Shown here piece by piece: positions 28,030-38,010 of a stretch of DNA of 38,010 nucleotides; positions within the stretch are counted from its first letter, which is position 1, and every line of letters begins with the position of its first letter. The position numbers and the translations under genes were made by a program. This DNA comes from Bipalium vagum (taxonomy: Eukaryota), in assembly GCA_037834085.1 (NCBI GenBank), contig JBBMKC010118760.1, positions 1-38,010 on the forward strand, written 5' to 3'. Under the pieces are notes generated by a model. That model ran no database searches, had not been told where the DNA came from, and saw only the letters and a program-made list of their open reading frames with translations.

Positions 28030-28624
28030 TAAAATTATGATTTTCTCTGTAATGGACGTCGTGATAATACGCGGTTACTCTACGATATTTTGTTCATTAA
28101 CAGTACAGCACCAAACCGTATACTTTGTTGCAATAGATTTTATACCCAAATTTTGTTGACACTTAATATTAATTGTATACTGTGAAATTTCTTATCAAAA
28201 TATGTATCAAATGAATTTCAGCGATATATGGCGTTTCATTGTGAGGATTTAGTTTAAGAAGACAACAATATGCAAACGAACAAGGCATCTTTTATTGGCA
28301 ACTTTATATTAATGATCATAATCTAACGATGTCAACTGTGACAGGCAAAGAAGGATGCAATAACATTCTCATGGCAAAAGGAGAATACAGATTGATTTAA
28401 AACATTGTCAATCAATTCGAGATCCTGTGAAAGATTTTAAAATTAGTCTCATGATATTTTTACTTTTCATAAAAAATATTGGAATTTCAAAAAATCAAAA
28501 TACCCTACATTTACTAACTAAATATAAGAACTTGAACAACTTTTGCAATTGGGTACTGCTTCGAGGTAAACGGGTGCTCTGTCTGCTTGGGTTTGTGATA
28601 ATTAATAAAAAAATATATTTTAAA
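28030..28624 (+). mobile_element. Degenerate Ac/ZBED-type hAT transposase fragment, interrupted by the element at 28625-30106
   Basis: DVVIIRGYST (DVxTRWNST), KYWNFKKSKYPT (WWxxxxxxYP) and GTAS/KRVLCLLGFVI (ATSAxSERVFSxAG). May resume after 30114 (NNRSS). Confidence 0.5.
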
Positions 28625-30106
28625 CAGGGGTGTTCAAAGTATGATCAGTGGATTATTTGTATTGGTCCACTGATCAGTACAATATTAAAAGAAATATTCA
28701 CTTATTCTTGCTTAGATTGTCAGTAAATCAATAAGTATATGGTTGAAATCATTTCAATATTATGTTCCGAAAGGACTGTTACCTGAAGAATATAAGATAA
28801 GTGTGACAATCTACTGAAACTAATTAAAGACTAAAGGAATATGTTTGCATTTTAACCATATCCTATACATAAAAGAACCGATTTGAATGATACAGTACAG
28901 CTCAAGATCTGTTAGTGGATTTAGAGAACTTTACTATTAATGAAGAGCTACTTTACATGTCAAGTTTAACATATTTCTCTAGAGGAGGTGATTTGTTAGT
29001 TGCAGTGCTCTAGGAGCTAAGGAACAAATTGATTGAATTATCGATTTATTGGCACTACCCATGTTTCATGAAGTCGGTTTGTCTCGAGGCTTTTGCAAAA
29101 ATATATTGAAGAAAATTACCATCTGTCTCTTATGTAACATGCATTAAAAAGATTTTGAAAAAGGTCTTCTGTTGTGAAGACTGTCAATTTTACTAAGATG
29201 TAATCACGGATAATTCAGAACTTTACTGAAGGAAGTTCATATTTAATATCATGATCTCATTTTTCTAATAAATTCTGTGGCTAAGTTGTGAGGCCACTCT
29301 CAGGTCCTTTTCTGAATTGATTCGCAAGATCGGTTTATTCGTCGACCTCAATTCAACGATACAATATTGCAAATGGACTTATGGTTTCATTTGATATTAC
29401 AAAGCCTCTCAATGACTTGAACTTTTCAAGCAAAAAAACAACTTACCTCCACTGTTTCTGACCGCGTAAAAGAATACTGCGCCTCTTTAAGATGCATTTC
29501 GATTTAGAAATGATTTCTCATTTTGTGACTTATAGAGAGATGTTGGAACAGGTTAAAATTACTGGTTCTTCCAAGTGTTCCTTCTGTTTCTCTCGTCATG
29601 ATACCATAATTCAAAGATTTATTGACGAATTTAAGTCAATGTTTCTAAAATCTTAGAGCACACAAAAAATTTGATTTGTTTAATGATTCTTTTATGGTTT
29701 TTTATTCAATATAACATGCAGTTTGACCTGAATGATTGAAAAAAATTCGTGTTTCAGAAATATTACAAAGACCTCTGACTGCTTAATTTCCATGTTCTGC
29801 TGCAGAAAGGTTGATTCCATGTGCTGATAAATAAAATTCGAACTATTATGGCTTCTAAGAATATTACTCATTGTCACATCTGACATTCACGTTCTCACTG
29901 AGATCTATTTACTTGTAGCTCATTCTTCGAGATTGTACGATACGATACTGATTTTGCTTTATTTGATATTTGTATTAAATTAGTCTTAAAAATAGTTTAA
30001 TTTTTTGTGAATTTGCTTATTCCTAAATAAACAGCACAATGAGTAGTCCGTGACCATTTGTTAATTTCCATAGTTGGCCCGTGAACCGAAACCTTTAGAT
30101 AACCTG
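28625..30106 (+). mobile_element. Degenerate hAT (Charlie/SPIN/GTF2IRD2-like), 1482 bp, with TIRs and 8-bp TSD
   Basis: Ends CAGGGGTGTTCAAAG and (reverse complement) CAGGTTATCTAAAG; TSD ATTTTAAA/ATTTCAAA (7/8). Internal HEVGLSRG (EVRWLSRG) and DITKPLNDLN. Confidence 0.8.
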
Positions 30107-31609
30107 ATTTCAAATAATCGTTCAAGTTGCACACAGTGATTAAATGACGATGAAATTCTTCACCAAACATCAAAACCTGAATTTAACTCCTCTTGAAGAG
30201 TGTTTGGTGGTCTATGGCTTTTGTGTGTTACCTTTCCATAGTAAGCTAAAACTATCAAAGACAAATCTGTGGTTCAATCTAATGAAAATTATGTAATCAA
30301 AATTAATTTTTTACTCAAGCAAAACAAAAATGATTGTTTATGAAAATATTGGTTAAAGGAGTCAAACAAACTTTTCTTAAGTTGGAGAACGTCCAGATTG
30401 ATTCAATCATACAAAAATTGTTACAAATTCAGAAAATATTTAATTCTATTTGCATGATCTCTCAGAAGATTTATAATTATTTATTCACTAATTGATCAAT
30501 TCCTGGAAAGTACTTTGGGCTCAGTGAAAGAGGTATCATGTTTAGGAATTTTATTATAAATGGGAATGATTATGAATATGATGAAAACTATTTGTCTAGG
30601 AATTATTATTATAAGAACAATAGGCTCTATAGTTGAAAGAAAGCAATTTAGTTAGTGATTACAAGTAATAATTCTATAAGAGACCATTTCCTTAGAAGAT
30701 TTGTAAATAATATTTTAAAAATAATTTATCGGCTTTCATGGACTAATGGTCACACAATAATTTGGAGTTTTCAAGTTATTTCTCAATTTTAATTATTTAT
30801 TAAGATCATTATTAATTTTTCATTAATAAATAATATTATTAAAAATAATAGAATAAATTATTATTAATAATAAACAATAATATTATTATAAAATAATAGT
30901 ATAGCATTAAAAGTAAAGTATTAATATTAAAATATTTATTATAATTGTTTAATTTATTTAAATTATTAGTTTAAATTTCAAATAAATCAATACATCGTAA
31001 TTTTATTATGATTTTTAAAATTAAAAAATCCAATGATCTCATTACATTCATTTTTAGGTTAGGGGAAGATTTTGTTGAGATAAATAATAATAGTAATAAT
31101 AATATTATTTTTATTTTTTTAAATTAATAATAATAAATAATAATAATAATTAGTTTTCACCAGGTAATTAATTATTAATGGTATATTAAAAATTCTCCAG
31201 AACCTCCCCTTTTTTTGACTAAAAACCACTGAGAACTTAAAGTATTATTTAAAATCCCTTTTAAAAAAATCTTATTACCAAGCCATAATAAAAAATAATA
31301 TTTACCAGAATTTTTTGCCTATTTATTTTTCTTTATTAATCAATTTAATAATAATAGAACAATAAAAATTAAATGATAGAAAAAAATTGTTTAATAGATA
31401 CAGCAATTTATTTAACTTTCTCGTGAGATTCAAAAATAATAATTAATCATTAACTTTTATAAGAAAGAAAATCTTAAGACCGTAAAAATATTTTTAAATT
31501 TATTTATTTTACTGTTTCTTCTGACTACTTAAAATTTATTTATATAATAAAATAATAATAAATAAAAATCTATAAATAAATATTATTATATAATATTAAT
31601 ACGTGTTTC

Positions 31610-32030
31610 TATTAGATTGGTTGAAAAATTTTGTTGCTTTTTCATATACTAACTTTAAAACAAAAATATTTTAAAATATCGACTACTATTTTTATATTTA
31701 TTGATAAATAATAATTAGACAGGCAAGCCTCTATTACTATTAAAACTATTTTATTTTAGGTTTTTTTAATAATACAAAACGCTATTTAACAGACAATGAC
31801 AACGGCTCAAATTAGAACTTGCTTACTTTCTGAATAAGTTAAAGAAAAATACATAAGAGGCTGCGCAAAATATTTCCAAAGCGTGGTGGTAAGGATTCAG
31901 TTACTAAACGAGATGCACGGTATTGGGTCAAACAGTTCCGTTCTGGGTACACATCCATTGAAGACCAGTCGTTTAAGTCGATTGGTAATTGCTCTTTAAA
32001 ACACAAGATTGAGACTAACCCTTAACAGTT
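31610..32030 (+). mobile_element. Mariner 5' fragment (TIR, UTR, N-terminal HTH)
   Basis: Starts TATTAGATTGGTTG; MTTAQIRTCLLSE...EAAQNISKAW/GKDSVTKRDARYWVKQFRSGYTSIEDQS. Confidence 0.8.
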
Positions 32031-32800
32031 GCAAAGCAAAAAAGAAAAATACCTAAAAAATATTATAAATAAAAATCTAATAAATAATTAATTAATCTTT
32101 ATTTCAAGAATGCGAAAAAGTTGACTCTTTTCAGCAGATAAAACAGATTAGAGAAAAATTGTTTCCTTAAGAGAAAATGAAAACTGTAACCAATATCAAG
32201 TTTCAATATGGCTCTATTATAATAATCATAATAATTATATGTAATAAAAAAACTTGACGATATAGTTCTGATTGTCAGAGATATAGATAAATATCCAGCT
32301 GATTGTAGAAGAGAGAGATTAGGAAATTTTCCATGAGTTTCATGACCTCTGGATAACTGATTTCAAACTGGTTTGTTTTCAATGTAAATCAGGATGCAAC
32401 TTAATTTATTTTTTGTTCGTTCTGACTTCATTTCAACATTGAGGTTTAGTTACAAATTTAAGCTACGGAAATTTTCAAAATGTGTAAACAAAAGCTTAAT
32501 AACTGGTATCATTGCGAACATATGGTTAGAAGAGAGCGACAAAAGAAAAACTGAAACTTTCCGATAACGAATTTTTATTACGTACTCATGGCTTAGTATC
32601 AGTGGTAATAGTAATCACCAGTAACTCAATTAATTCAATGGTGAAGAATTTATTCCAAACAGCAGCAGTTATAGTATTTCTTGTTCATTTCTGCAAATTT
32701 GGACTGAATCGTGAGTTAGTTCCAAAAAACTGTACATTGGGAAGATTGAATTTTGATTAAGCATTTTACTTGGTACATTGACATCGAGGACAGCACCAAA

Positions 32801-33290
32801 TACTGTTGTGATTACAAAATAGTAAAACTGCTTATATAAAACCCAGGTTTATCATTTAATCATCCAAATATTTGTAGTCATGTTCAAAGTAGTCCCTTAA
32901 CACTGCAATACATTGATACTGATATTTTTTCCAATCTTTAAAACATCTCTCAAATTAATTTTAGAAATGGTGTTCAATGCCTCTAACGAATTTTGTTTTA
33001 TCTCATTGCGGTCTCGAAACGGTTTCCTCAGTTTTGTGAAAAAGAAAGTCACACGGTACCCTGGTCTGGAGAATACGATTGATTTTGAGATGGTCTTTTC
33101 GGCTTTCCCTATCTTTATAGCGATATTCAGTTAATTTTTGGGCTGTCTCGACCTCATGTGCATAAATCTATGTCTGAGCAACAGTGATGATGTTTTTCAT
33201 ATTATTATTACTCATTAAAGGAGACTCTTTAACGAAATCATTAGTGCAAATATTATAAAAATGGAGTCTATAAACTTTGTGATCACAGTA
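32801..33290 (-). mobile_element. Internally deleted mariner (C-terminal transposase remnant)
   Basis: Minus strand reads SYSPDQG/PCDF...EIKQNSLEALNTISK...RCFKDWKK...CIAVLRDYFE. Imperfect TIRs TACTG..GTGATTACAAA and TACTGTGATCACAAAG. Confidence 0.7.
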
Positions 33291-33299
33291 GCATGACTT

Positions 33300-33916
33300 G
33301 TCAAAGAAGGGAATTTTCGTGAACACCAAATTTGTCAATTATTTTGAGATGGTGGTTTATGAGGACTTTAAAAAGATCATGTTGATATAGAGGGACAGCA
33401 GAAAAGCTAAAAATGAAAAAGGAAGATTGTTAACAGATTTAGGGGAAATTGTAAGACAGAAGCAAGATTTAGAAATATTTTCCGAATAACTGAGAAAAGT
33501 TGTTGATCAGACATTCGTCCAAAATTATGGTTGTGAATTGCTTCAAGCAGCATTTTGATTTAATATCTTGAAGAATATCAGACTAAAATTATTACACAAT
33601 ATTGTAAAAATTGTCGAAATTAAATGAAATAAAATACGCAGTACGGAGGAATAGTAAAATAGTACGCAAAATAAAAACTGTCCGTTCTTATATAGATATT
33701 GTGAAAAACTCGTGTTCATGCAGGTCTCCATAGTAGTGGATTTCCTAAGGAGGAAAAAAAATATCACTAGTCCTTATCATAACAATCAGAGCAGCACTAT
33801 AATGGATATAATCAAGCACAGAAGAAATTAAATTGGAAGAAAATGGTTCTTCGGGTGCATGGAAAGCATAATTTATAATTTTAAACTCAATTGAGGAAAG
33901 GTATCAAATAACGGCT
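33300..33916 (+). mobile_element. Probable RTE-type non-LTR retrotransposon 3' remnant
   Basis: YGCE motif (~33527) and MDIIKHRR..KWF resemble the RTE C-terminus; followed by a (TAA)n tail. 32280-32800 may be its upstream part. Confidence 0.35.
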
Positions 33917-34048
33917 TATAATAATAATAATAACAATAATAATGATAATATTATTATCATTATTATTAATATTAATATTAATAATGATAATGATAATAAT
34001 AAATCATCAATAAAAAATTATAATTAATAATAACAATAATAATATTAA

Positions 34049-34082
<34 letters not shown>

Positions 34083-34099
34083 TTTTTTATTGATGATTT
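33917..34099. repeat. (TAA)n/(TTA)n microsatellite with a fold-back palindrome
   Basis: AAATCATCAATAAAAAATT (34001-34019) and its reverse complement (34080-34099) enclose a TAA-to-TTA strand-switching tract. Confidence 0.85.
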
Positions 34100-34613
34100 T
34101 TACCTAATTTCAGTGAAACAGCAAAGCTATTACTGACACCACCCATCACCAAAAAGATTTGATGTTTTATATCAGAATATGCGAAATCGCTGTTATTATT
34201 AAATATATTTTAAATTTTTGGTGTTAACATTTTTATTAAAAAATTATTTTATTTTTATTTTAGTCTCTAGAGGACACAAAAAAATTTTGACTGGTAAAGT
34301 TGGTTGCAACACAAAAGTGTGAAGGCAACTGTTTTATATACAAGTAATAAATAGATTTAAACACCCATTACTGAAATATCAAGGTATTTTGTTGATGACA
34401 GTCATCATTTAAAAATAATAACAAAATTATCAAATTTTAATGATATTCATCTTTTAATCTTTTTTAAATATCATTTTTATTTTTTTACATTTTACAGTAA
34501 ATTATGATATTCATTTTTGTGGTAAACTCACTGAATATACAATGCGCCAATTCTTAATTATAATTATGTTTTAAGTGTTCCAACTAATATCAAGTTATAA
34601 AAAATCTTATTAC

Positions 34614-35457
34614 CTGGCTGTACATCAATGCCTTCCTCCTCAATTTCTGGGTAGGAATTAGGCTCGTGAATTACTAATTTCAGTCCCTCTCCTCTTTCCA
34701 AGATATCCATTAGAAACCCATCTTTTAATTCTGGAATGTCACCAGTTGGTGTAAGAGAAACTAATATTATTAAAGACGTAATTAGGGGTCCTTTGTAATT
34801 GAATTTTCTTTGAATTGTCCAACAATTGAAAAACTTTTGATTTGAGAATATCAGTCTTTCTATTTGAGTAGAACTTTCTGTTTCACAATTCTTAATAATA
34901 GTAATCGTTCCTTCTCCGAATATTGCACAGTATTTCAGCATTTCCGCTCCGTGACTTATATTTACTGCGTAATCATAGTCCAGATTTGCATAATAGTTCT
35001 CAATTTTATCATGAAACATCATAAAAGTCATATCATTTGGATGGTCTGTACTGTTGACAGTATCAATGACAATTTTTTTCAGTCTCTCCCTAAATTTATG
35101 AGGAGCAAAAGCATTTGATTTTTTCCACAGTTTATTAGCTTGCGTGGAAAATGGATTATGGGAACACAAGGTTATTGCTGGAAAATCGGAGTTGTCATCA
35201 AAGTTCGTTCTTATATGCCAGGCCGTATAATAGTTCAAATAATCTTTTATCAGTAACCCGGTTACTAAAAAGAGCATTATAGTCATACAAAATACAAATG
35301 TTATCCATAGAACTTTCAAGAAAATCGTTGGGGATTTAGTAATTTTGTGCATTCCTCTTATTGATGATATTTCACAAAACAATTGGAAAGTGTTTCTATC
35401 CATATTTCCAATTTTATTGGAGTTACATTTGCTTTGTATTATTCCTTTGTCATTCAT
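34614..35457 (-). CDS. DEG/ENaC (amiloride-sensitive Na+ channel superfamily) subunit, coding exon 1: N-terminus, TM1, palm/finger
   Basis: ORF has FCEISSIRG (HG-motif position), a hydrophobic TM1 (VLWITFVFCMTIMLFLVTGLLI), FPAITLCSHNPF (FPAVTxCN motif), FFNCWT and GLKLVIHEPNSYP...GIDVQPG. In-frame TAA TGA lie just upstream of the ATG. Donor CCAG|GTAATA at 34614/34613 (phase 1). Confidence 0.93.
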
Positions 35458-35494
35458 ATTTCATTACAAAATAATATAAATTTTAATTAACATT

Positions 35495-35555
35495 TTATTT
35501 AAAAGACTTCTTCGTCATCTTATTGGCTAATGGAAAAACAAATCGACCAATAAAT
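35495..35555 (-). promoter_or_regulatory. Candidate proximal promoter of the channel gene
   Basis: AGCCAATAAG on the minus strand (ATTGG 35522-35526), a second CCAAT on plus (35547-35551), a CRE half-site CGTCA (35513-35517) and a TTTAAATA TATA-like element near 35497, all 40-95 bp upstream of the ATG. Motif matches only. Confidence 0.3.
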
Positions 35556-36099
35556 AATTTACATAAATCTATTAACTGTTTCCCTTTTTGTCTTAATTAT
35601 TCAAAATTATTTTTTATGTTTCCACTGGAACTCCAACATTTATCAATTTTATACTTCATTAATATTATTTATTTATCAAATTTTAATTAAAGTAATAAAA
35701 TATTAATACCAAATATAATGCATTCGTTAAAGCTAGTGTCAATTACTCTTTTTATTATCTGAAAACCTGTTTTATATGTAATTATTGAAATAAAAAAATA
35801 GTCTAATTAAATGACTATAAATTATTTTAATTAATTTCACTTTTGGAAAAAAATTAAATTTTTAATTGCGTTTTTTTTATTTAAATTATAAATTTTTATT
35901 AAGTTCTTATTTACAAATTGTTTTATGATAAAAAGTCAATATTGCCAAAACGGAAATTACAGTTTGTCCAAACTTCTGTGCTTTACACTTTGACTTTTAA
36001 TTAAAAACTATTAAAATAAAATTAATATGATTTTACAAGAAAATAAACTTACTGTATTAACAAATATAATTAAATCAAATTTTCAGAAAATAATTTGGT

Positions 36100-36260
36100 T
36101 AATTTCTTTGAACTTGAACAGTCTATTACTATGATTTCGTTCTGGAAATTAGATACAATGGCGAACTCTTTCTGGTCTGGTCACTCCCTTAATTGGTCTA
36201 CGATGAGATGAAATGATGCTTCAGTCTTGTTGAAATAATTAGTTTAATTTAAAAGAAAAT
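36100..36260 (+). mobile_element. Possible mariner HTH fragment
   Basis: FRSGN...SG.G.S resembles RFRSG...RSGRP. Confidence 0.3.
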
Positions 36261-37079
36261 TAAAGAATTTTGTTTTAACAATCTGTATTCAATACATTAT
36301 CATGTCAGAAATCCAATAAAAACGTTATTAAAAACAAAATTCTGAATCCATAGATTTTGATTAATAAATTATTTATATTAACTCTTAAGGTATTAGAGAG
36401 AAAAACAACGTAATCATAAGTCCCAGTAAAAATAATAATTTTAAAATATGTATCCTACAGATCCAAAATTAATTATTCATCTTTCCTAGTAAATTTATGA
36501 AACATTTCCATCTTATATTTGATATTTATAATATTCTTTGTTGGTTAAATTACTCCGGTTTCATCAGGGACAGTTTTATCATTTGGCAGTCACGTTATTA
36601 GTATTATATTATTATATTACTTAGAATTACTTATTGTTTATTCACTCAAATATATATATATTAAAACTAACAGTATTCTCATTTATAAAACTCATGCAAG
36701 GAATTAAGTTTCAGACAAATAAGTAGGTTGCATCATAAATCTTAGCTTAGTCTTTAGATAATACTACTTAATTACAATTGCTTAAATAATTAAATTTACC
36801 CTATCTCATTATATAAAATCAATTTTTGAGCAAATAAATATTTTTTAAAAATTGGTTACAAACAGGATACGTCTGCAATTTGAGAGCCATGGGTTTTTTT
36901 AATATATTATATTATTTATTCGAGTAGCAGAAATATCGATCACAATATTTGATGAGTTTTTAAAGTAATTCGTTTGTCAAAAACCGTGAACAATTTTTTA
37001 TTTCCTTAAAAATATTAATTAAAGTTAAAATTAAGCTTTGTTCTCAAATTGTTGACGTACTCTGTAAATAATCAATTTT

Positions 37080-37500
37080 TATAAATTACATTTCAACACT
37101 TAAAAAAATATCTAAACATCTTTTAGTTGATGAGCAGAATACAGAACAATTTTTGAAAACTCTACAATGTTTGTGTTAAATAAACCTAATCAAAATATCA
37201 GTTTAGAAATGGTTTAGTCCATATCGATATGGTAATTTCAATATTCAGATTCAATAAAAAGTCCATAAAATAAAGAAATGAGTTAGATAACATTGTTGTG
37301 TAGGTATCCATGTTATTGGTGGGTACGATGGGCTTGTATTTCTACATTACTTGATCTACAACCAGTGTAATAAATCTAAATTATATCTGCATTTTTATTT
37401 GAAAATGAAACAAAATCAAGTTATTTCTAAAAAAATTGGTTACTGATCATGAGAAATGGGTGATATACAATTTTAACATTAAAAATGTCTTGTAACTCTT
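37080..37500 (+). mobile_element. Scrambled mariner fragments
   Basis: KWFS.YRYG, CYWW...GL.FL and VTDHEKWVIYN (TGDEKWVLY) motifs, out of normal order. Confidence 0.45.
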
Positions 37501-38010
37501 TAAATTCGAAAAATATGATAATACCATTATAAACATAATGTAAGATAACCATCTAAAATATAATTGGTGAACTTTAAAATTATCGTGCTTTATGACTATC
37601 TCTCCATGGGAAAATGATTCTATTTCAAATTAATCTACCACCATAAGGAAGTCAAAAATGACTGAAACGTACATGGCTCAAGTTTCACTTAAAAATTACT
37701 TGAGTCCTCATTTTATTTATTATTTATAGTTTATTTCATTATGGGTGAAAAAAAGACCTGTCGTGTTAAATAAGATTTACAGGGTGCCTCAGCTATTTGA
37801 GGACAAAAATTTTTAAAATATATCATGATAATATTTTAGTGGCGCTAAAATTGATTTGCAATATTTATTGATACAACATTAAATAATTATTTTTTTAATT
37901 TAGAAATATTAGGTTGTAAAGAAGTTAATGGCAGTTTATGAAACTTAATTTTTGCAGTATGAATTAATAAAGGAAAATTTGTTTTATTAATATAAATTTG
38001 TTTTCATATT

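Larger units (their letters stand above)
452..34613 (-). other. ~34.2 kb GT-AG intron of the DEG/ENaC gene
   Basis: Phase-compatible donor and acceptor; the joined peptide QPG|KMNN...QKC is collinear with the family pattern; no other channel-like exon seen in between. Confidence 0.8.

Noticed and set aside
28427-29886. ORFs 28427-28726 and 29692-29886
   Set aside because: The first is chimeric across a TE junction; the second is antisense within the hAT.
32913-33134. 73-aa plus-strand ORF
   Set aside because: Antisense to a mariner C-terminal remnant.
34564-34613. C-terminal tail NKIFYNLILVGTLKT of the 297-aa ORF
   Set aside because: Read-through into the intron past the donor; family similarity ends at QPG.
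34864-35118. 84-aa plus-strand ORF
   Set aside because: Antisense to channel exon 1.
36540-36595. Hammerhead ribozyme core (CTGATGA on the minus strand)
   Set aside because: No stem II followed by GAAA could be built.
37777-37940. TIR-like starts TACAGGGTG and TATTAGGTTG
   Set aside because: No partner TIR or coding motif inside the window.

Overview
Very AT-rich eukaryotic (animal) genomic DNA. Composition and transposon content would fit a flatworm/planarian-type genome, but that is inference. One host gene is visible: a divergent DEG/ENaC (ASIC/ENaC/FaNaC superfamily) channel on the minus strand. Coding exon 1 is 35457-34614 and the next coding exon is 451-234; they join in phase and without a gap across a ~34.2 kb intron (452-34613). 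TM2 and the selectivity filter lie beyond the left edge of the window. The intron is filled with decayed transposons: about ten mariner remnants, several hAT remnants (one nested in another with an 8-bp TSD), a Merlin element, and probable RTE-LINE, piggyBac and Tc1 fragments. It also holds TAA/TTA microsatellite palindromes and two small periodic repeat-spacer arrays of unknown origin. I found no intact transposase and no convincing new multi-gene system. The best leads are two non-canonical channel residues, the giant intron and the palindromic array at ~26.95-27.1 kb.
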